This document shows positions 39,229-51,118 of a DNA stretch of 64,000 bases, piece by piece; the first letter of the stretch is position 1; every line of letters starts with the position of its first letter. Origin of the DNA: an uncultured Candidatus Rokubacteria bacterium (lineage in GTDB: Bacteria > Methylomirabilota > Methylomirabilia > Rokubacteriales > CSP1-6); contig CAVPPZ010000014.1 of the NCBI GenBank assembly GCA_963707305.1, forward strand, positions 1 through 64,000, read 5' to 3'. The notes under the pieces were generated by a model. It was not told the DNA's origin. It worked only from the letters and a program-made list of their open reading frames with translations, and ran no database searches. Made by a program: the position numbers and the translations under genes.

Positions 39229-39732
39229 TCACGCCTTGTTGAACTTCTCGAAATCCTCCGGCTTGATGTTCTGCAGCCACTCCCGCAGGCGATCCGGATC
39301 GTCCGCCTTCACCGGCTCCCCTTCCTTGCCGCCTTCGAGGTTCTTCGCCTTGCGCACGACCTCTTCGTCCACGAAGATCGGCGCGCCCACCCGGAGCGCC
39401 AGCGCGATCGCGTCGGACGGCCGGGAGTCCACCGTGTACTCGCTGCCGCCCAGCTGCAGGTGGAGCACCGCGTAGAACGTGTTCTCCTTGAGGTCGGTCA
39501 CCATCACCTTGACCACCCGCGCCTCGATCGTCTCCAGGATGTTCTTGATGAGGTCGTGCGTCATGGGGCGCGGCGTCTCGATCTTCTCGAGCTCGAGGGC
39601 GATGGCGTTCGCCTCGTAGATGCCGATCCAGATCGGCAGCGAGCGCTTGTCTTCCTCGTCACGGAGAATGATGATCGGCAGGTTCGAGAGCGGGTCGAGC
39701 GCCAGCCCGCGCACCTTCATCTCGACAAACAT
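39229..39732 (-). CDS. bifunctional nuclease family protein (DUF151/BFN)
   Basis: 167 aa with the LPIIILRDEEDKRSLPIWIGIYEANAI motif family. Locally lower GC than the neighbouring genes. Confidence 0.75.
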   Translation of the reverse strand: MFVEMKVRGLALDPLSNLPIIILRDEEDKRSLPIWIGIYEANAIALELEKIETPRPMTHDLIKNILETIEARVVKVMVTDLKENTFYAVLHLQLGGSEYTVDSRPSDAIALALRVGAPIFVDEEVVRKAKNLEGGKEGEPVKADDPDRLREWLQNIKPEDFEKFNKA

Positions 39733-41061
39733 ACGGCCTCCTCTGGCGTTGCCACGAGCGCGCCGCGCAGGCTGTGAGGGAGGACCTCGGTGACGCGGAC
39801 CTGGGCGAGGTCGCCGACGGCCACCTGCCCCTGCCCATCGAAGTTCACGATGCGATTACAGCGTGTGCGTCCGGACAGCTCACCGGGATTCTTCTTCGCG
39901 ACGCCGTCGACCAGCACCTCGACGGTCTCGTCGAGGCGGCGCCGGCTCCGCGCCTGACCGACCCGCGTGGTCATCTCGAGCAGTCGCGCGTTGCGCTCGG
40001 CCTTGACGGCGGCCGGGATCTGATCCGCCATGCTCGCGGCCGGGGTGCCCGGCCGCGGCGAGTACCGGAAGACGAAGACGTTGTCGTAGCCGACGCGCTC
40101 GACCATCGCCAGCGTCGCCGCGAAGTCGTCGTCGGTCTCGCCGGGAAAGCCGACGATGAGATCGGTCGAGAGTGACATATCCGGCACGGCGTCCCGCAGC
40201 GCCTCGATCAGCGCGAGGTACCGCGCGCTCGTGTAGCCGCGATTCATGCGTTCGAGGATGCGATCGGCGCCCGACTGCAGCGGGCAGATGGAACCACTCG
40301 CACACCTTCGGCACGTCGCGCACGGCCGCGATGAGCCGCGGCGTCAGGTTGTACGGGTTCGACGTGGTGAAGCGGATGCGCGCGAGCCCGTCGACGTCGT
40401 TCACGGCCTCGAACAGCGCCGCCAGATCGGTGGGGGGCGTCAGGTCACGGCCGTAGGCGTTCACCGTCTGCCCGAGCAAGGTGACCTCGCGGCAGCCTTC
40501 CGCCACGAGCTCGCGCACCTCGCCGACGATCGACGCGGGCGAGTGGCTGCGCTCGCGGCCGCGCGTGGTGGGCACCACGCAGAAGGTGCAGTGCTTCTCG
40601 CACCCTTCCATCACGGTGACGTACGCCTTGAGGCGCGACGCGCCGGCGGGCTTCGCGGTGATCTTCACGAGCGGGCCTTCGCCGGTCTCGAGCACGGGCC
40701 GGCCCTCGCGCCGCACTTTCTCGACGAGCTCCCCCACCCGCGCGATCGCGGGGGAGCCGAACACGAGATCGACCTGCGGCGCGCGCCGCTGGATCTCGGC
40801 CTTGTGGAGCTGCGCCATGCATCCCATGACGCCCACCATCAGCCCCGGCCGCTCGCGCTTGAGCTTGGCGAGCTCGCCGAGCTTCGAGAACACCTTGTCC
40901 TCCGCCTTTTCACGGATCGCGCAGGTGTTGACGAGGACCAGGTCGGCGTCCGTCTCGCTCTCGGTGAGCTCGTAGTGGTGGTCCCGGAGGAGTCCCGCGA
41001 CTCGCTCCGAGTCGTATTCGTTCATCTGACAGCCGTACGTGATGAGGTGAAGTTTCGCCAT
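39717..41061 (-). CDS. miaB: tRNA (N6-isopentenyladenosine-37-C2)-methylthiotransferase MiaB (frameshifted near 40270)
   Basis: MAKLHLITYGCQMNEYDSE (UPF0004 domain). The radical-SAM motif is CEKHCTFCVVP. After a shift the TRAM C-terminus reads ...RIVNFDG...VRVTEVLPHSLRG. Confidence 0.85.
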
Positions 41062-41178
41062 AGTTCAGCGGCAGTTGGGGTGCTGTCTCGACCGTAGCAT
41101 CCACCCCATATCAAGTCAAACGAACGGGGCCAGAGTCGGCTCTGGCCCCGTTCATTCTCGCGCGCGCGGGCCCTCGGG

Positions 41179-42692
41179 CTAATCGATTTCTTCGGGCCGC
41201 CCGCTTGCCCTGGCGCCGGCCTTCTGGGCCTGAGCGCTGCCGTTCGCCGAACCGTGGCCATTGCTGCCGAACGTGAGCGGCGGCTGCACCTGGAACTGCT
41301 TCTCCAGCCGCGCGCGGCGCTCCTTCCAGCCTTCCTGGTACTCGAGCTCGTCCTCGTGCAGCGTGGCGGGCTGCTTCACCCCGTGCGCGTTGCGGAACTG
41401 GATCGCGAGGTCGGACGCCTGCCGGCGCACCGAGTCCCACGGCGTGCCGAGGGAGAACTGGTCGGAGATGGCGCCGATGCGTCCCGTGTGGATGTTGCAG
41501 GACAGCGTGATGGCGCTGATGATCGGGCCCGACCAGAACGACGTCTGCGAGTTGATCGGCATCGGCAGGATGTGCAGGTTGTGGCTGCCCCGGCAGTCCC
41601 CCGCCACCATCGGGCAGGCGGCCCACGGCGAGGTGATCTCGCCCGGGGCCGGCCAGTCGCCCTGCGCGAACGCGAGCAGCACCGGGTCGTCCTTCCCGCC
41701 GTACGTGAAGCCCTTCTTGGTCTTGATGTTGTGCAGGCGCTCCGCCGAGCAGATGTAGCCGAGCTGACCGGGCTCGTTCTTCTCGGTCCGGCTCCAGATG
41801 CGCGCGATGACGAAGCGCGACGAGCGGCAGAGCCCTTCGATGTCGTAGAGGTCCTCGGGCGCGCGCAGGCGGATGACCTTCTCCTGGAGCCCCTTCGCGA
41901 GCTCTTCCATCTTGCCGTCGAGGGCCTTCGGATCGCGCGGATGGGCGCCGGCCTCCACCGCCTGCGCCTTCGTGTCGAGGTCCACGATGTCGAAGAAGTA
42001 GCCGCGCTTCATGCTGGAGGCGGCGATGATGAGCCCGGTGTTGAACCGCGGCAGCAGGTACGCGCCCGTCGCGAAGTAGTTGAAGGCCATCGGCTCGGTC
42101 TTGTCGGCGAACGACACGAGCACGGTCTGCGACGCGTTGTCCTTCCGCACGCGGGAACGGCAGCGCGACCGTGGCCGGCCCCGCGCCGCGCAGGTTGCCC
42201 GTGAACGCGTCCGCGACGAGGTCCTGGCCGGGGCCGTAGAGACCCAGCTCGGCCGCCTTGCTCGCGCCCTCCTGCAGCGCGTCCCACATGAGCTCGTCGA
42301 CCACGCTCATGTCGGCGTGCTCGCTCATGATCCCCGTGACCGCGCAGTCGTCGCCGGTGTGCGTGACGATGAGCGACGTGAAGATCGGCTCGCCGCGATA
42401 GCCGTTGTTGTCGAGCACGAACTTCGCGATGATCGGACTTCACCTCGTCCGCCGCCACCACGTGGCCGCCGACGCCGCCGACGTCGGCCTTGGTGGACTT
42501 GATGTAGCGCTGCACGAGCGCGGGGTTCTTCGCGAAGATGTGCGACTTGTACGAGAAGATGTTCGGCGTGCTCGTGACCGGGACCTTCTCGGAGACGGTC
42601 TGGGGCAACCCGGCCAGCTCGTCCTTCGACTGGTGGTACTCCCCGAGGGAAACGGGTTGCCCGCTCGGCGGACCATAGCGCCGGTTGCCCAT
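41179..42692 (-). CDS. fbp: fructose-1,6-bisphosphate aldolase/phosphatase (class V, archaeal-type FBPase); 2 frameshifts, N-terminal extension
   Basis: GGAGGTG ribosome-binding site 7 nt upstream of ATG 42692. Family blocks, with shifts near 42425 and 42130: ...IKSTKADVGGVGGH; FTSLIVTHTGDD...GLYGPGQDLVADAFTGNLRGAGPA; FADKTEPMAFN...GKDDPV...RGSH...GTPWD. There is a ~59-aa N-terminal extension before the conserved KADVGG block, so the start may be misplaced. Confidence 0.75.
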
Positions 42693-42784
42693 GCTGACAC
42701 CTCCGTAGTGACGTGGGTGACGGGGAAAAGCCTGCGAAAGGAAGGATAGCGAGGTACACTTTCTCAAGCAAGGACTTTCACGGG

Positions 42785-43819
42785 ATGAAATTCCTCTCCG
42801 GCGGCGGTCCCGAGCTGCGGCAGATGGTGCAGTGCCTGGAGCTGTACTACCGCCAGGCCCAGAGCCAGAAGGACATCGCGCGCACGCTCGGTGTCTCCGC
42901 CGCCACCGTCTCGCGGCTGCTCAAGCGCGCGTACGACGACGGGCTCGTGCGCGTCGAGCTGGACCTGCCGCGCACGCAGGCGCTGGAGACCGCCCTCGTC
43001 CAGCGGTACGGCCTGCGCGACGCGGTGGTGGTGGCCTCGGGCGGGCGTGGGGACGTGCGCGAGGAGCTCGGCGTCGCCGCCGCCGCGTATTTCGAGAAGA
43101 TCACCGGCCACGGCATGCGCGTCGGCCTCTCGTGCGGCTTCACGCTCTACCAGGCGGTGCACGCGCTGCGCGAGCGCCGCCTGCGCGACCTGGTCCTCTA
43201 CCCGCTCTCCGGCGAGAGCACGCTGAAGCTCGTCGACATCTCGCCCAACACGCTCGTGGGCATGGCCGCCGCGAAGTACCGGCCGCACGTGACCGCGTAT
43301 GCGCTGCCCGTCCAGCACCTGCAATCGACGCGGCAGCTCCTGCGCGAGCGGCGCCGTCTCTTGCGGGATCCGGAAGTCCGTCGCATCTACGCCGGCGCGC
43401 AGGACGTCGACGTCGCGCTCGTGGGCATCGGCCTCATCGGCGAGCAGACGCCGGGCTTCTGTGCGCTCGCGGAAACCTACGGCGTCAGCGTCAAGCGCCT
43501 GCGGCAGCTGGGCGTGGTCGGCGAGATCAACTATCAGCCCTTCGACGCCGACGGCCGGATCGTCGATCGCCCGGAGCTGCGCGCCCTCGTGCAGCGCGTG
43601 CTCGCGGTCGACGGCCCGCATCTGCAGGCGCTCTCGCGTCGCGACGATCGGTGGGTCATCGCGGTGGCCGGCGGTCCGGGCAAGGTCGACGCCGTGCGCG
43701 GCGCCTTGCGCGGGCGCTTCATGAACGTGCTGGTGACCGACCAGGACGTGGCGGCCGGATTGTTGGAGGGGGGGGCTCCGGGCGCCCCCCCGGCCCCCCA
43801 CGCTACGGGCCCGGAATGA
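42785..43819 (+). CDS. SorC-family sugar-binding transcriptional regulator (CggR/DeoR-like)
   Basis: ATG 42785. The N-terminal HTH is [20 protein letters not shown]. The SorC sugar-phosphate-binding domain follows. The last ~14 codons (..[16 protein letters not shown]) are encoded by a GC-repeat element. Confidence 0.8.
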   Translation: MKFLSGGGPELRQMVQCLELYYRQAQSQKDIARTLGVSAATVSRLLKRAYDDGLVRVELDLPRTQALETALVQRYGLRDAVVVASGGRGDVREELGVAAAAYFEKITGHGMRVGLSCGFTLYQAVHALRERRLRDLVLYPLSGESTLKLVDISPNTLVGMAAAKYRPHVTAYALPVQHLQSTRQLLRERRRLLRDPEVRRIYAGAQDVDVALVGIGLIGEQTPGFCALAETYGVSVKRLRQLGVVGEINYQPFDADGRIVDRPELRALVQRVLAVDGPHLQALSRRDDRWVIAVAGGPGKVDAVRGALRGRFMNVLVTDQDVAAGLLEGGAPGAPPAPHATGPE

Positions 43820-43850
43820 ATCCGGGCCCTCCGCGAGTGCCGTCAGCGGC
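43777..43850. repeat. GC-rich palindromic repeat copy (GGGGGGGCTCCGGGCGCCCCCCC...CCCCCCACGCT) plus hairpin GGGCCCGGA-ATGAA-TCCGGGCCC
   Basis: Near-identical over its first ~45 bp to the left end of the element at 11129-11175. It overlaps the sorC 3' end. Confidence 0.5.
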
Positions 43851-44811
43851 TCGGGACTGACTCCTCCTCGAACACGCCCATCCGCCGGAACTTGTCCTGG
43901 CGCTCCTCGACGAGCGCGCGCCGCCGACATCGACGACAGATCGGCCAGCGACTGCCGCAGCACGCCGCGGATGTTCGCCGCCGCGCCCTCCCAGTCGCGA
44001 TGCGCGCCCCCGACGCGGCTCGGGCACGATGCCGTCGATCACGCCGAGCCGGAGCAGGTCGGGCGCCGTGATCCGCATGCTCTCCGCCGCTTCGGGCGCG
44101 CGCGAGGCGTCGCTCCAGAGAATGGCGGCGCAGCCTTCCGGCGAGATCACGGAGTAGACGGCGTACTCGAGCATGAAGACGCGGTTCGCCCATGCCGATC
44201 GCGAGCGCGCCGCCGCTCCCGCCTTCCCCGGTGACGATCGTCACGATGGGCGACGTGAGCCCGGCCATGACGCGGAGATTGTGCGCGATCGCTTCCGCCT
44301 GGCCGCGCTCCTCGGCGCCGGTGCCCGGATACGCGCCCGGCGTGTCGATGAACGTGACGATCGGCTTGGCGAACTTCTCGGCGAGCTGCATCATGCGCAG
44401 CGCCTTGCGATACCCCTCGGGGTGCGGCATCCCGAAGTTGCGCGCGATCTTCTCGCGCGTGTCGCGCCCCTTCTGGTGGCCGACGACCACCACGCCCCGC
44501 CCTTCGAAGAGCGCGAGGCCGCTGACCACCGCCGCGTCGTCGCCGTGCAGACGGTCGCCGTGGAGCTCGACGAAGTCGTCGAACAGCAGCTTGATGAAGT
44601 CGCGCGTGTGCGGGCGCTTGGGATGCCGCGCGAGCTGCGTGCGCTGCCAGGCGGTCAGCGCCGCGTAGGTCTTCTGGCGCTGGCGCTGGAGGCGCTCCTC
44701 CAGCTTGGTGATCTCCTCGCCGTGCGCGACGGGATCGTCGAGCGCACGCAGGGACGCGATGTGCGCTTCCATCTCGAGCAGCGGCTGCTCGAAGTCAAGC
44801 CCTTCCGGCAT
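43843..44811 (-). CDS. accA: acetyl-CoA carboxylase carboxyltransferase subunit alpha (3 frameshifts)
   Basis: [24 protein letters not shown]...[21 protein letters not shown]...[13 protein letters not shown] in frame A. Then ...[18 protein letters not shown]...[19 protein letters not shown] in frame B. Then frame C, then back to frame A for ...[18 protein letters not shown]. Confidence 0.85.
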   Translation of the reverse strand: MPEGLDFEQPLLEMEAHIASLRALDDPVAHGEEITKLEERLQRQRQKTYAALTAWQRTQLARHPKRPHTRDFIKLLFDDFVELHGDRLHGDDAAVVSGLALFEGRGVVVVGHQKGRDTREKIARNFGMPHPEGYRKALRMMQLAEKFAKPIVTFIDTPGAYPGTGAEERGQAEAIAHNLRVMAGLTSPIVTIVTGEGGSGGALAIGMGEPRLHARVRRLLRDLAGRLRRHSLERRLARARSGGEHADHGARPAPARRDRRHRARAASGARIATGRARRRTSAACCGSRWPICRRCRRRALVEERQDKFRRMGVFEEESVPSR

Positions 44812-47800
44812 GCTCCACCGTCACCGTTCCCGGCCCGAGCAGGGCCTCGATCTTCGCCGCCAGCTCGGCGCTGCCATCGACGGAGACGCTCGCGGCCCGC
44901 ACCACGACTTCGAGCGACGAGACGAGGACGTGAACGAAGAGCGGCACGCCGCCCGCGTGCTCGTTGCACACGCGGCGGAGACTCTCGAGTACGGTGGTGA
45001 CGTCGCCCTCGCCGGGGACGCGCACACGACACGCGTTCGGCTGGCTCGGGCCGTTGCTCTGCGACGGGCCGTCCGTTGCCGACCAGCGCATGCTCGAGCA
45101 ACCGGATGTCCTCGGCCAGCACGACCCGGCCCTTCTCCGTGTCGTCGACTTTCCCCCGGACCAGCAACACGTCGCGCGACCGCAGGTACCCGGCGCCCGC
45201 CTTGAAGGGCTCCGGGAAGATCGTGATGTCGACGCACGCCGTCGGTGTCCTCGAGCGTGGCGAACGCCATGCGGTTGCCGCTCTTGGTCGGGATCTCGCG
45301 GAGGTTCGTCACCTGGCCGTAGAGCAGGACCTTGCTGCCACTCGGCCGCGCGGCGAGCTCCGACGACGACGTGATCCCCAGCGAGTCCACGAGCGGCTTG
45401 AACCGCGCGAGCGGATGCCCGGAGACGTAGAACCCGAGCACTTCCTTCTCGAACGCGAGGCGCTGATCGTCGTCCCACTCCGGCACGGCCGCCGCGTCGG
45501 CGGCGCGCACGGGCGCCGGCGCCGCGGCCGGGAGCAGGTCGAAGAACGACCCCTGCCCTTCTGCCTTGTCGCGCTGCTGGCGCTGGCCGCTCTCCATGGC
45601 CGCGTCGAGCAGGGCGAGCAAGTGCGCGCGCGCCATCCCGATCGAGTCGAAGGCGCCGGCCTTGATGAGACTCTCCACGACGCGCCGGTTGACGAGGCGA
45701 AGGTCGACGCGCGCGCAGAAGTCGTCGAGGCTCGTGAACGTGCCGTCCGCGGCGCGGGTCTTGAGGATCGACTCCATGGCCGCCTCGCCGACGTTCTTGA
45801 TGGCGGCGAGCCCGAAGCGGATCGTGTCGTCGTGGACGCTGAACTGCACCGACGAGCCGTTCACGTCGGGCGGCTTCACCTCCACGCCCATGGCGCGACA
45901 CTCTTCGATGTACTTCACGATCTTGTCGGTGTCGCCCATTTCCGACGTCAGCAGCGCCGCCATGAACTCGACCGGGTAGTTCGCCTTGAAGTACGCCGTC
46001 TGGTAGGCGACGAGCGCATACGCGGCGGCGTGTGACTTGTTGAATCCGTAGCCCGCGAACTTCTCCATCAGCTCCCAGACCTTCTCGGCCTTGGCGGCTG
46101 ACGTCTTGCGCTCGGCGCAGCCCGCGAGGAACTTCTCCTTCTGCTTCGCCATGAGCTCGCGGTCCTTCTTGCCCATGGCGCGCCGGAGCGTGTCCGCTTC
46201 ACCCATGGTGAAGCCGGCCATCTCCACGGCGATCTGCATGATCTGCTCCTGGTAGATCATGATCCCGTACGTTTCCTGCGTGATCTTCTGCATCGCAGGA
46301 TGCTCGTACGTGATCTTCGCCCGCCCCTGCTTGCGGTTGATGAAGTCCGGGATCAGGTCCATGGGGCCCGGGCGATAGAGCGAGACCATCGCGATGACGT
46401 CTTCGAGCCGCTCGGGCCTGAGCCCGCGCAGCGCCTCGCGCATGCCCGACGACTCCAGCTGGAAGACGCCGAACGTCTTCGCCTCCGCCAGGCCGGCGTA
46501 CGTCTTCGCGTCGTCGAGCGGCAGCGTGTCGAAGTCGATCTCGATCCCGCGCGACTCCTTGAGGAGCTTCGCCGTGTTGGCGAGCACGGTGAGCGTGCGC
46601 AGGCCGAGGAAGTCCATCTTGAGGAGGCCGAGCTTCTCGATCGGGCCCATCGCGTAGCCGGTGATGAGCTCCGGCCGCTTGGGGTCCTTGTAGAGCGGCA
46701 CGTACTCGTCGAGCGGCTCGTCCGAGATCACGACCGCCGAGGCGTGGACGGAGGCGTGGCGCGTGCAGCCCTCCAGCGCCCGCGCGATGTCCCAGAGCTC
46801 CTTCACCGCTCGGCTGGCTCTTCACCATCTCGGCCAGCGGCGGCGACTTCTGGTACGCGTCGTCGAGCGTGATGTTGAGCGGGAAGCCCGGGACCAGCTT
46901 CGCGATGCGATCGACGTCGGCGAACGGCATCGCGAGCACGCGGCCGACGTCGCGGATGACGGCCTTCGCGCCCATCGTTCCGAACGTGATGATGTGCGCG
47001 ACGTGATCGTGGCCGTACCGCTCGGCGACGTACTTGATGACCTCATCCCGTCTGTCGTCGGCAAAATCGATGTCCATGTCGGGCATCGAGATTCGCTCGG
47101 GATTCAGGAATCGTTCGAACAGGAGGTTGTATCTGATCGGATCGATGTTCGTAATGCCAAGGCAGTACGCGACGAGCGAGCCCGCCGACGAGCCACGGCC
47201 CGGCCCCACCGCGATCCCCCGCTCGCGCGCGTAGCGGATGAAGTCCCACACGACGAGGAAGTACCCGGCGAAGCCCATCTTCTCGATCACGGCCAGCTCG
47301 TGATGCAGCCGCTCTTCGAGCGCGTCGCTCGGCGTCGCGCCGTACCGCCGGCGCAGGCCCTGGCGCGCGAGCTCCTCCAGGTAGCTGTTCAGCGTGTGGG
47401 TCTCGGGCACCGTGTACCTGGGCAGGTGGAAGGTGCCGAAGTCGATCGTCAGATCGCACTGCTCGGCGACCCGCACGGTGTTGGTGCACGCCTCCGGCAT
47501 CTCGCCGAAGACCACCGCCATCTCCTCCGCGGACTTCACGTAGAACTCCTCGGTGGAGAACTTCCAGCGGTTCGGGTCGTTCAGCGTGGAGCCGGTCTGG
47601 ATGCAGAGGAGCGCCTCGTGCGCGCGCGAGTGGCCGGCCTCGAGGTAGTGCGAGTCGTTGGTGCCCGCGATCGGCGCGCCGATCGCCTCCGCGATCCGGC
47701 GCGTCTCGGCGGTCACCTTGATCTGCTCGGCCAGCCCGTGGGCCTGGACCTCCATGAAGTAGTGGTCCTTGCCGAACACTTCCCGGTACCAGCCCGCGGC

Positions 47801-48280
47801 CGTGCGCGCCTTGAGCGTCTCGCCGGCGCTGATGAGCCGCGAGACCTCGCTGTTCAGGCATCCGGAGAGCACCACGAGCCCGTCGGCGTGCTGGGCGAGC
47901 AGCTCCTTGTCGACGCGCGGCTTGTAGTAGAAGCCCTCGAGGTACGCCTTCGACACGAGCTTCATGAGGTTGCGGTACCCGGCCTGGTTCCGCACCAGGA
48001 CGGTCAGATGGTTCGCGCCCTCGTAGCCACCGTCCTGGTTGCCGCGTTCCTTCCGTCCACCCGGCGCGACGTACAGCTCGCATCCGAGGATCGGCTTGAT
48101 GTCGGCCTTCTTCGCCGCCAGGTAGAAGTCGATCCCGCCGAAGAGGTTCCCGTGGTCGGTGAGGGCGATCGCCTTGAAGCCGAGGGCCTTCGCCCGGTCG
48201 ACGAGCTTGTCGAGCTGCGCGGCGCCGTCGAGAAGGCTGTACTCCGAGTGAACGTGGAGGTGAACGAAGTCGGCCGCCAA
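44795..48280 (-). CDS. dnaE: DNA polymerase III subunit alpha (at least 3 frameshifts)
   Basis: TTG 48280 lies 8 nt after the guaA stop. The PHP domain is [15 protein letters not shown]. Polymerase core motifs follow across frames 46199..48673, 44821..46806 and 44795..45901 (...[26 protein letters not shown]...). The 3' end overlaps the accA start; dnaE-accA adjacency is conserved in many bacteria. Confidence 0.85.
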
Positions 48281-48288
48281 CGCGCGAC

Positions 48289-49839
48289 CTACTCCCACTC
48301 GATCGTGGCCGGCGGCTTCGACGAGATGTCGTAGACCACCCGGTTCACACCCGGCACCTCGTTGATGATCCGGCTCGACACGGCGCCCAGGAGATCGTAC
48401 GGGAGCCGCGCCCAGTCCGCCGTCATCGCGTCCTGGCTCGTCACCGCGCGCAGCGCGATCACGTTCGCGTACGTCCGGAAGTCGCCCATGACGCCCACCG
48501 TGCGTACGGGCAGCAGGACGGCGAAGGCCTGCCAGAGGTCCCGCTCGAGCCCGGCCGACCGGACCTCGTCCTGCACGATCGCGTCGGCGCCGCGGAGGAT
48601 GTCGAGCCGTTCCCTCGTCACCTCTCCGAGCACACGGATCGAGAGGCCGGGACCGGGGAACGGCTGGCGCCACACGATCTCGGCCGGCAGACCGAGGAGC
48701 TCACCGATGCGCCGCACCTCGTCCTTGAAGAGCTCGCGCAGCGGCTCGACCAGGCCGAACTGCATGTCGGGCGGCAGGCCCCCGACGTTGTGGTGCGTCT
48801 TGATCGTGGCCGACGGGCCCTTGTACGACACCGATTCGATGACGTCCGGGTAGAGCGTCCCCTGCGCGAGCCAGGGGATCGCGCCGAGCTTCTTCGCCTC
48901 GTCCTGGAAGACCGCGATGAACTCGGCCCCGACGCGCTTGCGCTTCACCTCGGGGTCGGTGATCTCCTGTAGGACCGCGAGAAATCGGTCGGATGCGTCG
49001 ACGTGGATCAGGTTGATCTTGAACGTGTCGCGGAACGTGTGGACGACCGCCTCCGCCTCGCCCTTCCGCAGGAGACCGTTGTCCACGAAGACGCACGTGA
49101 GCTGGTCCCCGATGGCCTGGTGGATCATCACGGCGACCACCGACGAGTCCACCCCGCCGGAGAGGGCGCAGAGCACCCGGTCGTGGCCGACCTTCGCGCG
49201 AATGGCCGCCACCGTGTCGTCGATGAACGACGCCATCGACCACGTGCGGCTCGTGCCGCAGAGGTCGAGGAAGTTCTCGAAGACGCGCCGGCCCTGCGGC
49301 GTGTGCACGACTTCCGGGTGGAACTGGACCGCATAGAGCTTGCGCGCGTCGTCCGCCATGGCCGCCACCGGACTGTTCGTCGTGGCGCCGAGCGTGGTGA
49401 AGCCCGGCGGAGGCTTCAGCACGGTATCTCCGTGGCTCATCCACACGGCGACGCGGCCGCCGTCGTCCGGCTTCACGCCTTCGAGCAGCCGGTTCGTCCC
49501 GGTCAGGTGGACGCTCGCCTTCCCGTACTCGCGCCGATCGGAAGGCACGACCTCGCCGCCGAGCAGGTACCCCATGGCCTGCATCCCGTAGCAGATGCCG
49601 AGCACCGGAATGCCCGCCTCGAAGATCTCTTTCGACGGCAGTGGCGCGCCGTCGTCGTAGACGCTGTTGGGGCCACCGGACAGCACGATGCCCTTGTAGC
49701 CGCCCGTGAGGAGGTCCTGCGGCGGATGTGTGCACGGGAAAATCTCGGAGTACACCCCGAGGTCCCGGATGCGGCGCGCGATGAGCTGGGTGTACTGCCC
49801 GCCGAAATCGAGGACTGCGATCTTGTCGACGTTCTCCAC
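48289..49839 (-). CDS. guaA: GMP synthase (glutamine-hydrolysing)
   Basis: Intact 516-aa ORF. GATase domain with the GICYGMQ motif, and the ATP-PPase motif SGGVDSSV. Confidence 0.9.
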   Translation of the reverse strand: MENVDKIAVLDFGGQYTQLIARRIRDLGVYSEIFPCTHPPQDLLTGGYKGIVLSGGPNSVYDDGAPLPSKEIFEAGIPVLGICYGMQAMGYLLGGEVVPSDRREYGKASVHLTGTNRLLEGVKPDDGGRVAVWMSHGDTVLKPPPGFTTLGATTNSPVAAMADDARKLYAVQFHPEVVHTPQGRRVFENFLDLCGTSRTWSMASFIDDTVAAIRAKVGHDRVLCALSGGVDSSVVAVMIHQAIGDQLTCVFVDNGLLRKGEAEAVVHTFRDTFKINLIHVDASDRFLAVLQEITDPEVKRKRVGAEFIAVFQDEAKKLGAIPWLAQGTLYPDVIESVSYKGPSATIKTHHNVGGLPPDMQFGLVEPLRELFKDEVRRIGELLGLPAEIVWRQPFPGPGLSIRVLGEVTRERLDILRGADAIVQDEVRSAGLERDLWQAFAVLLPVRTVGVMGDFRTYANVIALRAVTSQDAMTADWARLPYDLLGAVSSRIINEVPGVNRVVYDISSKPPATIEWE

Positions 49840-49854
49840 GCCGCGGCCCCCGAT

Positions 49855-51015
49855 CTAGCGGGGCCGTCCCAGCTTCTGCGCCTGCTGAAAGACCTTCCCT
49901 TCCGTCTTGATCGCCGGGGCGATGATCAGCTCCGTCAGCTGGAGCTCCCGGATGTTCCGTGCGCCGACCGAGCCCATGCAGGTGCGGATCGCGCCCACGA
50001 GGTTCAGCGTCCCGTCCTCGGTGAACGCGGGCCCGAACAGGATCTGCTCGAGCGAGCCCGACACGCCCACGCGGATGCGCGTGCCACGCGGCAGGTTCTG
50101 GTGCGGCGTCGCCATGCCCCAGTGATAGCCGCGGCCCGGCGCCTCGGACGCGCGCGCGAAGGCCGAGCCGATCATGACGGCGTCGGCGCCCGACGCGAAG
50201 GCCTTGCAGACGTCGCCGCCGGTCGTCATGCCGCCGTCGGTGATGATCGACACGTAGCGGCCGGTCTGCTTGTAGTAGAAATCGCGCGCCGCCGCGGAGT
50301 CGGCCGTGGCCGTCACCTGCGGCACGCCCAGCCCGAGCACTTCACGGCTCGTGCACGCCGCGCCGGGGCCCACGCCGATGAGCAGCGCATCGACGCCGCA
50401 CTCCATCAGCTCGAGGCACGCCTCGTACGTGACGACGTTGCCGATGATGAGCGGGATCGCGAGCGACTTCTTCAGCTTGCGGAGGTCGACGGGCGGGTAC
50501 TCGGTGGCGATGTGGCGCGCGGTGGTCACGGTCGACTGCACCACGAAGATGTCGGCGCCGGCTTCCTGCGCGATCTGACCGAAGCGCTCGGCACGCTGCG
50601 GGATCGACGACACCGCGACCGTGCCGCCCCCCTTCTTGATCTCCTCGATACGGCGGTGGATCAGCTCTTCCTTGATCGGCTCACCATAGATGGACTGGAT
50701 GATCTTGGTGGCCTCTTCGGGGCTGGCGGACACGATGCGGTCGAGGACTTCTTCCGGGCGCTCGTAGCGGGCGAAGACGCCTTCGAGGTTCAGGACGGCC
50801 AGACCGCCATGGCGCCCCATCTCGATGGCCAGCTTCGGCCCAACCACCCCATCCATGGCCGCCGCGATGATGGGGATCTCGAACTGGCGTCCGCAGAGCT
50901 CCCAGGTGATGTCGACTTCGTTGGGGTTGACTGTCAGCGCGCCCGGGACGAGAGCGATGTCATCGAACCCGTACGCCGCGCGTGCTTTGCGTCCCCGCCC
51001 CACCCACATGCCCAT
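49855..51015 (-). CDS. IMP dehydrogenase-family protein lacking CBS subdomain (GuaB-like, 386 aa)
   Basis: AGGAGG ribosome-binding site 8 nt upstream of ATG 51015. The IMPDH catalytic barrel motifs GIGPGAACTSR and GGDVCKA are present, but there is no CBS pair insertion. Confidence 0.8.
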   Translation of the reverse strand: MGMWVGRGRKARAAYGFDDIALVPGALTVNPNEVDITWELCGRQFEIPIIAAAMDGVVGPKLAIEMGRHGGLAVLNLEGVFARYERPEEVLDRIVSASPEEATKIIQSIYGEPIKEELIHRRIEEIKKGGGTVAVSSIPQRAERFGQIAQEAGADIFVVQSTVTTARHIATEYPPVDLRKLKKSLAIPLIIGNVVTYEACLELMECGVDALLIGVGPGAACTSREVLGLGVPQVTATADSAAARDFYYKQTGRYVSIITDGGMTTGGDVCKAFASGADAVMIGSAFARASEAPGRGYHWGMATPHQNLPRGTRIRVGVSGSLEQILFGPAFTEDGTLNLVGAIRTCMGSVGARNIRELQLTELIIAPAIKTEGKVFQQAQKLGRPR

Positions 51016-51118
51016 CGACTCAACCTCCTGTCGCCCGCCGTCCATGTCTAGATGTAGGGATCGCCCGCTGTCGTCTATACCAGATTTCGTGCAGTATAGG
51101 CAGCGCACCCTCGGAGTG

